From assembly GCA_031459385.1 (NCBI GenBank), contig JAVKIP010000004.1, forward strand, positions 1 to 64,000: a stretch of DNA of 64,000 nt, written 5' to 3'. The position numbers and the translations under genes are program-made. Positions within the stretch are counted from its first letter, which is position 1. Each line of letters opens with the position of its first letter. Below are positions 56,305 to 64,000 of the stretch, piece by piece. The DNA comes from Candidatus Fervidifonticultor secundus. Its GTDB lineage: Bacteria > Sysuimicrobiota > Sysuimicrobiia > Sysuimicrobiales > Humicultoraceae. The notes under the pieces are model-generated. The model made no database searches. It had not been told where the DNA came from and was given only the letters and a program-made list of their open reading frames with translations.

Positions 56305-57671
56305 TGCGGCGCCGTCCGCTGCGCGCCGTCCTGCTGCTGGTCGCGCTGGCCCTGGTGGCGGCGCCGGTGGGGCGGCCGCGCGCGCATGCGGCCGATGCTG
56401 GGCTCGTGCTCGAGGCGTTGCGCATCTTGCGCGCCAGGTACGTCGATTCCGTCGAGCCCACACCCCTGCTGAACGGCGCGCTGGCCGGCGTGCGGGCGGC
56501 GCTGTCGGCGGCGGGGGTCGCCGCCGAGGTGCCGGAGCTCGCGTCCCCCGGCGAGGCGGCCGACGCCGCGTTCCGGGCCCGCTTCGAGGCGGCCGCGGCG
56601 GCCGCCAGCGGTCGCCTCACCCGGACCGCGTTGACCTACGCGGCGATTCGCGGCATGACGGCCACGCTGCGCGACTCGCACACCGGGTTCCTCACCCCCG
56701 AGGCCAACCGCGAGCGCCAGCTGCGCCAGCGGGGTCAGGCTGGCTTCACCGGCGCGGGCATCGTGCTGCTTGAGCGCGACGGCCGGTTCTACGTGCGCGA
56801 CGTGATCCCGGACGGCCCGGCGCTGCGCGCTGGCGTGCAGCGGCTCGACCGCATCGCGCGCATCGACGGGATCTCCACGCTCGGATTGCAGGTGGAGCAG
56901 GTCGCGGGGTCGATTCGCGGGCCCGCGGGCACGGCTGTGACCCTGGTGCTCGACCGGCCGGGCCGCGCCGACCCCGTCACGGTCAGCCTGGTGCGCGCGC
57001 CCATCCAGGTGCCGGCGGTGTTCGAGGCCCGCGTGCTCCCCGGCGGCGTCGGCTACCTCCACTTCTACCAGTTCACCGCGCGCTCGGGGCGGGAGTTCCG
57101 GGCCGCGCTGGACCGCCTGCTGGCCAGCGGCGCGCGCGCGCTCGTGCTGGACGTGCGCGCCAACGTCGGCGGCTACGTCCACGAGCTGTCGGCGGTGCTG
57201 AGCGCGCTGCTACCCGCAGGCCGGCCGATTCTCCGGGAGACGAGCCGGGGCGGCCGCACGCGGACCGTGTACACTGCGGGCCGGCCCGCGCTGCCACCGG
57301 GGCTGCCCGTCGTCGTGCTCGTCGACGACGCCACGGCATCCGCTGCCGAACTCCTCGCTGCCGCGCTCCGCGAGCACCTGCGGGCACGAGTGGTGGGCAC
57401 CCGGACCAGCGGCGCCGTGGAGGCCAGCATCGTCGTCGACCTCTCCGACGGCTCCGCGCTTAGCGTGACGGTCCAGCGGCTGTCCACGGGACTGGGCTAC
57501 CGTCTGGAGGGCGTGGGCGTGCAGCCCGATCTCTCGATCGCCCTGACAGGCGCTGACCTCGACCGCGGCCAGGACACGCAGTTGCTGCGCGCCCTGGCCG
57601 TGGCGCGGGAGGGCGCGCGGCCCGCTGCGCAGCCGCGGTCTGCCGTGGGCGGGAGCGGGCGCACGCCATGA
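56304..57671 (+). CDS. S41 family peptidase with PDZ domain (paralog 1)
   Basis: Signal peptide; 'DSHT', PDZ, 'LDVRANVGG', 'TASAAE'. Confidence 0.88.
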   Translation: MRRRPLRAVLLLVALALVAAPVGRPRAHAADAGLVLEALRILRARYVDSVEPTPLLNGALAGVRAALSAAGVAAEVPELASPGEAADAAFRARFEAAAAAASGRLTRTALTYAAIRGMTATLRDSHTGFLTPEANRERQLRQRGQAGFTGAGIVLLERDGRFYVRDVIPDGPALRAGVQRLDRIARIDGISTLGLQVEQVAGSIRGPAGTAVTLVLDRPGRADPVTVSLVRAPIQVPAVFEARVLPGGVGYLHFYQFTARSGREFRAALDRLLASGARALVLDVRANVGGYVHELSAVLSALLPAGRPILRETSRGGRTRTVYTAGRPALPPGLPVVVLVDDATASAAELLAAALREHLRARVVGTRTSGAVEASIVVDLSDGSALSVTVQRLSTGLGYRLEGVGVQPDLSIALTGADLDRGQDTQLLRALAVAREGARPAAQPRSAVGGSGRTP

Positions 57672-59041
57672 CGCCGCGCCGCGCGGGCCGCATCGCGGGC
57701 TGGCTGCTGCTCGCGGCACTGGTCGCGCCGGTCGCGGCCCTGCCCGCATCGGCCGCCGCCGCCCCTGCGTCCGCCGATGCCGGGCTGGTGCTGCAGGCGC
57801 TGGCGCTCCTGCGCGAGCACTACGTGGAACGCGTCGAGGTGCTCCCGCTGCTGAACGGCGGCATCGGCGGCATGCGCGCGGCGCTGTCCGCCGCGGGGGT
57901 GCAGGCCGACTTGCCGGATCTGCCGGCGGAGACGTCCGAGGCACAGGCCCAGGCGGGCTTCCGCCTCCGCTTCGACGCCGCCGTCGCGGCGGCGGCCGGG
58001 CGCATGACGCGCGCGGCGCTGGCCCACGCCGCGATCCGCGGCATGACCGCGGTGCTGGCGGACTCGCACACGGGGTTCGTCCCGCCGGAGGAGTACGAGC
58101 GCATGCGGGCCCAGGCCAGCCGGCAGGCGCAGTTCTCTGGCATCGGCGTCGTGCTCCTGGCGCGCGAGGGCCGGTTCTACGTCCGCGATCTCATTCCGGG
58201 CGGCCCGGCCGAGGGGGCTGGCCTCCGGGCCTTCGACCGCATCGTGCGCATCGACGCCGTGCCCACCGGCGGCCTGGATGTCGCGCAGGTGTCGGGCATG
58301 ATCCGCGGACCGGCTGGTACCACGGTGACCCTCGTCGTCGAGCGCCCGGGCAGCGCCGACCCCGTGACGGTCTCCGTCGCGCGCGCCCCCATCCGCGTCC
58401 CGCCCATCTTCGACGGCCGCGTGCTGGGCGACGGCATCGGGTACGTCAAGCTGCACAGCCTCTTCGCGGACCGCGTCGGCCAGGAGTTTCGCCAGCGCCT
58501 CGAGCGGCTGCTGGCCAGCGGCATGCGGGCCCTGGTGCTGGATGTGCGGGGTAACTCGGGCGGCTATGTGCACGAGCTGATCCAGGTGCTGAATGCGTTG
58601 CTGCCCCCCGGACAGCCCGTCCTCCAGGAGACGCGGCGCGGGGGCGCGACACAACTGATCCGTACGTGGGCGCCGCCCGTGTTGCCGGCGCACGTGCCCG
58701 TCGTGGTCCTGGTGGACGAGGCCAGCGCGTCGGCGGCAGAGCTCCTGGCCGCCGCCCTGCAGGAGCACGGCCGCGCGACGCTCGTGGGTGAGAAGACCAG
58801 CGGTGCGGTCGAAGCCGGGGCCACCTTCGAACTGCCCGACGGGTCCGCGCTGCTCATCACGGTCCGGCGGCTCGCGACCGGCCGCGGGCGGCGCCTCGAA
58901 GGCGTGGGCGTGATGCCGCACGTCCCCGTCGCCCTGGCGGTTGCCGATCTGGACCAGGGGCGCGACGCGCAGTTCGACCGCGCGCTCCAGGTCGCCCGGC
59001 AGCGCCTGGGCCTGGCGCGGCGGCCGGCGGCCAGCCCGTGA
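57668..59041 (+). CDS. S41 family peptidase with PDZ domain (paralog 2)
   Basis: Signal peptide; 'DSHT', 'LDVRGNSGG', 'SASAAE', 'GVGVMP'. Confidence 0.9.
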   Translation: MTPRRAGRIAGWLLLAALVAPVAALPASAAAAPASADAGLVLQALALLREHYVERVEVLPLLNGGIGGMRAALSAAGVQADLPDLPAETSEAQAQAGFRLRFDAAVAAAAGRMTRAALAHAAIRGMTAVLADSHTGFVPPEEYERMRAQASRQAQFSGIGVVLLAREGRFYVRDLIPGGPAEGAGLRAFDRIVRIDAVPTGGLDVAQVSGMIRGPAGTTVTLVVERPGSADPVTVSVARAPIRVPPIFDGRVLGDGIGYVKLHSLFADRVGQEFRQRLERLLASGMRALVLDVRGNSGGYVHELIQVLNALLPPGQPVLQETRRGGATQLIRTWAPPVLPAHVPVVVLVDEASASAAELLAAALQEHGRATLVGEKTSGAVEAGATFELPDGSALLITVRRLATGRGRRLEGVGVMPHVPVALAVADLDQGRDAQFDRALQVARQRLGLARRPAASP

Positions 59042-59099
59042 CGCTGCCGCGCTGACGCTCGACCGCCACCGCCACACGCTGGAGGACGCCGAGCGAACC

Positions 59100-60956
59100 A
59101 TGCTCCCATCGGACCGGCTGCGCGACAAGCTCATCGTGGCCAACAACAAGCCCTTTGGCGCCTATCAGGACCTGATCGGCGCCTATCGCTTCGACCGCTT
59201 CGTCTTGTACCTGGAGGCGATTCAGCCGGAGCCCATGGCCGGGCCGACCCGCGGCCGGGTGCGCGTCGACCAGGCCGAGGCCCAGATCCCGCCAGCGCTG
59301 TGGTCGACGCCCGCGCGCAAGACCGCGCTGGAGGACTTCCTCCTGCGTGCGCTGGCCGAGGCGATCCGCCGCCACGTCCGCACGCGGTGGACCGGGCGCG
59401 TGGCACCGCTTGCCGTGGATGTCGGCGGGCAGGCCGTGCTCCCGCGCGCCGCGTGTACCGTCGCCGAGGACTGGGTCGAGGTGCGCCTCGCCATCGGACT
59501 GCCCGCCGAAGGCCGCAAGGCCCTGGCCCGGGCCGCGATCACGCTCTTCTTCGAGGAGCTCCCGGCCGTCGTGAACGCCGGACTGATCTGGCCGCACCTG
59601 GACGGCGAGGCCGGCCGCCGGTTCGTCGAGACCGTTGAGGATTACCTGGCCCTGCGCGCGCAACTCCCCGCACTGGGGCTCGTGGCGTTTCTTGGCGACG
59701 GCGCCGTGCTGCCCCGCGAGACGCCGCCGGGCGACGGCCCGCTGCGCGGCGGCCGGGCGCAGCCGCTGCGCGCTCCCGACGAGCTGGCCGTCACCGTCAC
59801 CCTGCCCCACCGCGGCGCGGTGCGCGGGCTCGGCATCCCGCGCGGCGTCACTCTGGTCACCGGCGTTGCGTTCACCGGCAAGTCGACGCTGCTGGCGGCG
59901 ATCGCCCGCGGGGTGTACCCGCACGTGCCGGGCGACGGCCGCGAGCTGGTGGCGACGGTGCCGGATGCGGTCGCGCTGCGGGCGGAGCCGGGGCGCCGGA
60001 TCGAGCGCGTGGACGTCAGCGCGCTGGTGCGCGAGGTGCCCGGCCGATCCGACACCACGGCGCTCTCCACGGACCGCGCCAGCGGCACGCTGTCGGTGGC
60101 CGCGTCCCTGGCCGAGGCCCTCGAGGTCGGCACGAGCCTGCTCCTCTTCGACGAGGACGACCTGCCGGCAGCGTTCCTGACGCGGGACGCCCGCATGCAG
60201 GCACTGGTGCCCGCCCCGCGCGATCCGCTCGTCCGGCTCGTAGACGTGGTGCGGCCGCTGTGGGAGGACCTGGGCATCTCGTCGGTGGTGGCCACCGGCG
60301 GGCTCGGTGACTTCCTCGACGTGGCCGACACGGTGCTCGTGATGGACGGCTTCCTCCCGCGGGCGGCTACCGCGGCGGCGCGCCACGTGGCCGCGACATG
60401 GCCGGCGCGTCGGGCCCCGGAGCGCCCGGCGATCGCGGCTCCGGCGCCCAGGTGCCCGTCGCCGCGGGGCTTCAACGGCCTGCGCGGCCGGCGGGTGGTC
60501 AGCGAACTCCGCGGCCGGGGGACGTTGAGCCTGGGACGGGAGGCGGTGGACCTGACCGGCCTGCCCCAGTGCGTCGACCCCGCGCAGGCACGCGCGGCCG
60601 GCGACGCGATCCTCTACGCGCTGGACAAGGGGTACATCGACGGCGTCGCGTCCGTCGCCGAGATCGTCGCCCGGCTCTTCGCCGACCTCGACGCGGGGGG
60701 CCTGGCAGTCCTCGCGGCGGGCGATCGGGAAGCCCGGGACTACGCCCTGCCGCGGCCGCACGAGGTGGCCGCGGTGCTGAACCGCCTGCGCGCGTTGCAG
60801 GTGCGCGTCCGACGTCCCGGACAGCCCCCGCAGCCCGAGGCGCCGCAGCCCGCGGAGGCGGCGCGGGCGGCGGAGATCCTGCCGCCCGCCGGGGACAGCC
60901 CCGCGGCTCCGGTCCCGACCGGCGCGGATGCAGCGCCTGAAGGACCCGCGGGCTAG
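59100..60956 (+). CDS. Predicted ABC-class ATPase (COG3044-like)
   Basis: '[13 protein letters not shown]...GKSTLL', '[10 protein letters not shown]', 'ASG', 'LLLFDED', 'RDARMQAL'. Confidence 0.82.
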   Translation: MLPSDRLRDKLIVANNKPFGAYQDLIGAYRFDRFVLYLEAIQPEPMAGPTRGRVRVDQAEAQIPPALWSTPARKTALEDFLLRALAEAIRRHVRTRWTGRVAPLAVDVGGQAVLPRAACTVAEDWVEVRLAIGLPAEGRKALARAAITLFFEELPAVVNAGLIWPHLDGEAGRRFVETVEDYLALRAQLPALGLVAFLGDGAVLPRETPPGDGPLRGGRAQPLRAPDELAVTVTLPHRGAVRGLGIPRGVTLVTGVAFTGKSTLLAAIARGVYPHVPGDGRELVATVPDAVALRAEPGRRIERVDVSALVREVPGRSDTTALSTDRASGTLSVAASLAEALEVGTSLLLFDEDDLPAAFLTRDARMQALVPAPRDPLVRLVDVVRPLWEDLGISSVVATGGLGDFLDVADTVLVMDGFLPRAATAAARHVAATWPARRAPERPAIAAPAPRCPSPRGFNGLRGRRVVSELRGRGTLSLGREAVDLTGLPQCVDPAQARAAGDAILYALDKGYIDGVASVAEIVARLFADLDAGGLAVLAAGDREARDYALPRPHEVAAVLNRLRALQVRVRRPGQPPQPEAPQPAEAARAAEILPPAGDSPAAPVPTGADAAPEGPAG

Positions 60957-61057
60957 AGCCCGAACCCAACCCCTCGCGCAGCACTGTCCCGTCCGACCCG
61001 TCGGGGCCCCGACGCGGGGGCTGGGGGCTGGCGCGCGCTCACCCAGGGGGTGTACGG

Positions 61058-62416
61058 ATGGACGCCACCAGGATTCTGCTGAGCGAGCAGGAGATCCCCA
61101 AGGCGTGGTACAACATCGCCGCCGACCTGCCGGTGCCGCTGCCGCCCGTCATCCACCCCGGGACCAGGCAGCCGATCGGACCGGCCGACCTGGCACCGCT
61201 CTTCCCCATGACGCTCATCATGCAGGAAGTCAGTACCGAGCGCGAGATCGAGATTCCCGAGCCGGTGCGCGACGTCTACCGGCTGTGGCGGCCGACGCCG
61301 CTGCACCGGGCGCGGCGGCTGGAGCGCGCCCTGGACACCCCGGCGCGGATCTACTACAAGTACGAAGGGACCAGCCCCGCGGGGAGCCACAAGCCCAACA
61401 CCGCCGTCGCCCAGGCGTTCTACAACAAGCAGGAAGGCGTCAGGCGCCTGACCACCGAGACCGGGGCCGGGCAGTGGGGGAGCGCCCTGGCCCTGGCGTG
61501 TCGCCTCTTCGACCTGGCGTGCACCGTGTACATGGTGCGCGTCTCCTACGAACAGAAGCCCTACCGGAAGGTGATGATGGAGACCTGGGGCGCGCAGGTG
61601 CTGCCCAGCCCCACGGATCGCACCCAGGCGGGCCGGGCGATCCGCGCCAGGGACCCGCACTCCCCCGGGAGCCTGGGCATCGCCATCAGCGAAGCGGTCG
61701 AGGACGCGGCGACCCACGACGACGCCAAGTACGCGCTGGGGAGCGTGCTCAACCACGTGTTGATGCACCAGACCGTGGTAGGGCTGGAGGCCAGGAAGCA
61801 GATGGAGCTGGCCGGGGACCCGCCGGACGTGATCATCGGGTGCGTCGGCGGCGGGAGCAACTTCGCCGGCCTGGCGTTTCCGTTCATGCCCGAGAAGTTC
61901 CGCGGGCGCGCCGTGCGGTTCGTGGCCGTCGAACCCGAGGCGTGCCCGACGCTGACGCGGGGCGACTACCTCTACGATTTCGGCGACACGGCGGCGACCA
62001 CGCCCCTCATCAAGATGTACACCCTCGGGCATACCTTCGTGCCGCCGGCGATCCACGCGGGCGGCCTACGCTACCATGGCGACGCGCCGCTGCTGTGCCT
62101 GCTCTACCATCACAAGTACATCGAGGCGGTGGCCTACCAGCAGCGCACCGTCTTCGACGCCGCTCTGCAGTTCGCGCGGGCCGAGGGCATCATTCCGGCC
62201 CCCGAGTCCGCCCATGCGGTGCGCAAGGCGATCGACGAGGCGCTGGAGGCCAGGCGCGAGGGTCGGCCGCGGGTGATCCTGTTCGGCCTCTCCGGGCACG
62301 GACACTTCGACCTGGGCGCCTACGAGCAGCACCTGGCGGGGCAGCTGGAGGACTTCGCCTATCCCGAGGAGGCGATCAAGGCCGCGATGCGCGACCTCGC
62401 CACGATCCAACCCTGA
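61058..62416 (+). CDS. trpB: TrpB2-type tryptophan synthase beta-like PLP enzyme
   Basis: 'WYNI.AD', 'GSHKPN', 'TETGAGQWG', 'GGGSN', 'HAGGLRYHG', 'LSGHG'. Confidence 0.93.
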   Translation: MDATRILLSEQEIPKAWYNIAADLPVPLPPVIHPGTRQPIGPADLAPLFPMTLIMQEVSTEREIEIPEPVRDVYRLWRPTPLHRARRLERALDTPARIYYKYEGTSPAGSHKPNTAVAQAFYNKQEGVRRLTTETGAGQWGSALALACRLFDLACTVYMVRVSYEQKPYRKVMMETWGAQVLPSPTDRTQAGRAIRARDPHSPGSLGIAISEAVEDAATHDDAKYALGSVLNHVLMHQTVVGLEARKQMELAGDPPDVIIGCVGGGSNFAGLAFPFMPEKFRGRAVRFVAVEPEACPTLTRGDYLYDFGDTAATTPLIKMYTLGHTFVPPAIHAGGLRYHGDAPLLCLLYHHKYIEAVAYQQRTVFDAALQFARAEGIIPAPESAHAVRKAIDEALEARREGRPRVILFGLSGHGHFDLGAYEQHLAGQLEDFAYPEEAIKAAMRDLATIQP

Positions 62417-62497
62417 CCCGCCTCGCCTGGCGCCCCGCGCTCCGCAGGGCGCGGTGGCGCAGGCGCCTCCGGTGGCCTCCTGCGGCGCCTGGTCCCC

Positions 62498-62546
62498 GAG
62501 GGGACGACGGACTGCCGGCACCGCGGTCGCGCCCCGTCGTCCCCTC
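62498..62546. terminator. 13-bp perfect stem between the convergent trpB2 and dtxR-like genes
   Basis: GAGGGGACGACGG / CCGTCGTCCCCTC. Confidence 0.6.
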
Positions 62547-62595
62547 CTGTCCGTCCCGCGCCAGGAGAGGATGCCGCAGGTCCCTCACGCGCGTC

Positions 62596-63270
62596 TCACG
62601 CGGGCGCAGGACGCACCCGCACGCGCTGCGCCAGCGAGCGGCCGAGGGCGCGGATCTGGTGCTGCACCTCTACGGTCACGGGGCCGTCCACGAGGCCGAT
62701 CTCGCGTACTTGCACCACCGCCCCGGGTAGCACACCGAGCGCTGCCAGGTGCGCCACGATCGCGCGGTCCTCCTCCGGGATGGCGGTCACGGTCGCGCGA
62801 CCCCAGACGGGCACCTGATCGAGCGTGACCAGGGCCTCGTCGTCCTCCGTGGTCTCACCGGGGATGGGCAACCCGTGCGGGCAGGTGGCCGGGTGCCCCA
62901 GGACCTCCGCCAGGCGGGTCTCGACCTCGGGACTGATCACGTGCTCGAGCTTGCACGCTTCCGCGTAGACGTCGGGCAGCTGCAGACGGAGCACGTCGGT
63001 GAGCAGGCGCTCGGCCAGCCGCAGCCGCCGGACGACCCGGCGGGCAGTGGCCAGGCCTGCATCGCTGAGGCTGTAGCCCGTCCCGGCGGTGGCCCGCACC
63101 AGGCCCTGGGCTTCCAGGCGCTTGAGCATCTCGTAGGCCGACGGGGGCGACACGCCCATGTACTCGGCCACCTTCGAGACGGTGACCGGCGGCGCGCCGA
63201 GCGAGACGGTGTAGACCGCCTTCAGGTACATCTCGATGCGCTCGGTGCGGGCGATGTCGTGCACCGTCAT
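62596..63270 (-). CDS. DtxR/MntR family metal-dependent repressor with FeoA domain
   Basis: 'EMYLKAVY', 'VSPPSA.EM..RL', 'RLAE', 'EACKLEH', 'CPHGLPIP'. Confidence 0.92.
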   Translation of the reverse strand: MTVHDIARTERIEMYLKAVYTVSLGAPPVTVSKVAEYMGVSPPSAYEMLKRLEAQGLVRATAGTGYSLSDAGLATARRVVRRLRLAERLLTDVLRLQLPDVYAEACKLEHVISPEVETRLAEVLGHPATCPHGLPIPGETTEDDEALVTLDQVPVWGRATVTAIPEEDRAIVAHLAALGVLPGAVVQVREIGLVDGPVTVEVQHQIRALGRSLAQRVRVRPAPA

Positions 63271-63683
63271 CGACGGCACTCCCGGCAGATGCCACGGAAG
63301 ACTACCTGGAAGTCCTGCACCCAGTAGCCCTGGCGTTGGTCAGGCGCCAGATCGACAGGACCCAGCGGCACCTGCACGTCGGCGGCCCGACCGCAGCGAA
63401 CGCACACCAGGTGGTGATGAGGCCGGGGATTGGGGTCGTAGCGCGTGCTGCCCGTGCCCAGGTCCAGCGCCCGCACGGCGCCCATGGCCAGCAGTTCGTG
63501 CAGCACCGCGTAGACCGTGCGCAGCGACAGCGTGGGCATGATCTGCCGCGCCCGGCGGTAGAGGCCATCGGCCGTGGGGTGTTCCCGGTTGCCGTCCAGG
63601 AGCCGGCAGATCAACGCCCGCTGCGGCGTCAGCCGCCTGCGATGGGCCCGGAACTGAGCTGCCAGCGTGCTGGCCCGCTCCAT
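63267..63683 (-). CDS. Fur family regulator (PerR-like)
   Basis: 'TPQR', 'HPTA', 'TVY', 'RYD', 'HHHLVCVRCG', 'CREC'. Confidence 0.92.
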   Translation of the reverse strand: MERASTLAAQFRAHRRRLTPQRALICRLLDGNREHPTADGLYRRARQIMPTLSLRTVYAVLHELLAMGAVRALDLGTGSTRYDPNPRPHHHLVCVRCGRAADVQVPLGPVDLAPDQRQGYWVQDFQVVFRGICRECRR

Positions 63684-63790
63684 GTGGCACCTAACAACGA
63701 TTGTTGCGACGCGTCCCGGATCCCGCCAGCGCAGGCCGCGGGCTCGGTGCATCCCGCCCGTACCTGATACCGAATCGGGCGGAAAATGGA

Positions 63791-63821
63791 TTGACGAAAC
63801 TCAAGTATAAGGGTACCCTAA
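63791..63821 (+). promoter_or_regulatory. Promoter with overlapping DtxR/MntR-type box
   Basis: TTGACG-17 nt-TACCCT; near-palindrome TAAGGGTACCCTAA at 63808-63821. Confidence 0.65.
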
Positions 63822-63870
63822 CGACCGGTCCGGCGCAACCAGGGCCAGGTGCGGCGGAAGGGGAGGGACG

Positions 63871-64000
63871 ATGCGCAGCATGGTGGCAAACGCGGTCGTG
63901 AGACTGGCGACCGCCGCGGCCGTGGTACTCGCCGGCGGCGGTCCCGCGCAAGCGCAGGCATCCGTGCTGAACCTCTACAACGCCCGCCACTACGACACCG
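63871..64000 (+). CDS. Fe(III) ABC substrate-binding protein (FutA-like), truncated by the window end
   Basis: GGAGGG RBS; MRSMV...AQAQASVLNLYNARHYDT resembles the FutA 'VNLYSARHY' N-terminus; not in the ORF track. Confidence 0.75.
   Translation, partial: MRSMVANAVVRLATAAAVVLAGGGPAQAQASVLNLYNARHYDT

Overview
GC-rich bacterial chromosomal window with about 60 CDSs. I found no rRNA, intact tRNA, CRISPR array, integrase or transposase. Main blocks: (1) about 3.1-21.6 kb, an aromatic-acid catabolic cluster. It holds an IclR regulator, a 4-hydroxybenzoyl-CoA reductase-like hcrCAB, a MetE-core protein, an aryl-CoA ligase, a Liv-type ABC importer, a divergent six-gene PaaABCD-like diiron epoxidase set, an aldehyde dehydrogenase, an enoyl-CoA hydratase and BenE. 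(2) about 26.3-30.3 kb, a copper-protein cassette (Cys-tailed MarR, cupredoxin/His-rich beta-propeller protein, cupredoxin, SCO). It ends in a 3' half of tRNA-Arg(CCG) that looks like an att scar. (3) 30-43 kb, peptide and amino-acid utilisation genes, including an M20D amidohydrolase whose metal-ligand Cys codon is an in-frame TGA followed by a SECIS-like hairpin (probable selenoprotein). (4) housekeeping and accessory genes: speD, csp, yggT, an FAD/Fe-S oxidoreductase, a BNR protein followed by a MoaD-like::AlaX fused ORF, DUF62, ccdA, tandem S41 proteases, trpB2, and a Fur+DtxR pair divergent from a FutA-like gene. Several pseudogene remnants are visible. All product calls come from motif recognition by eye; no searches were run.
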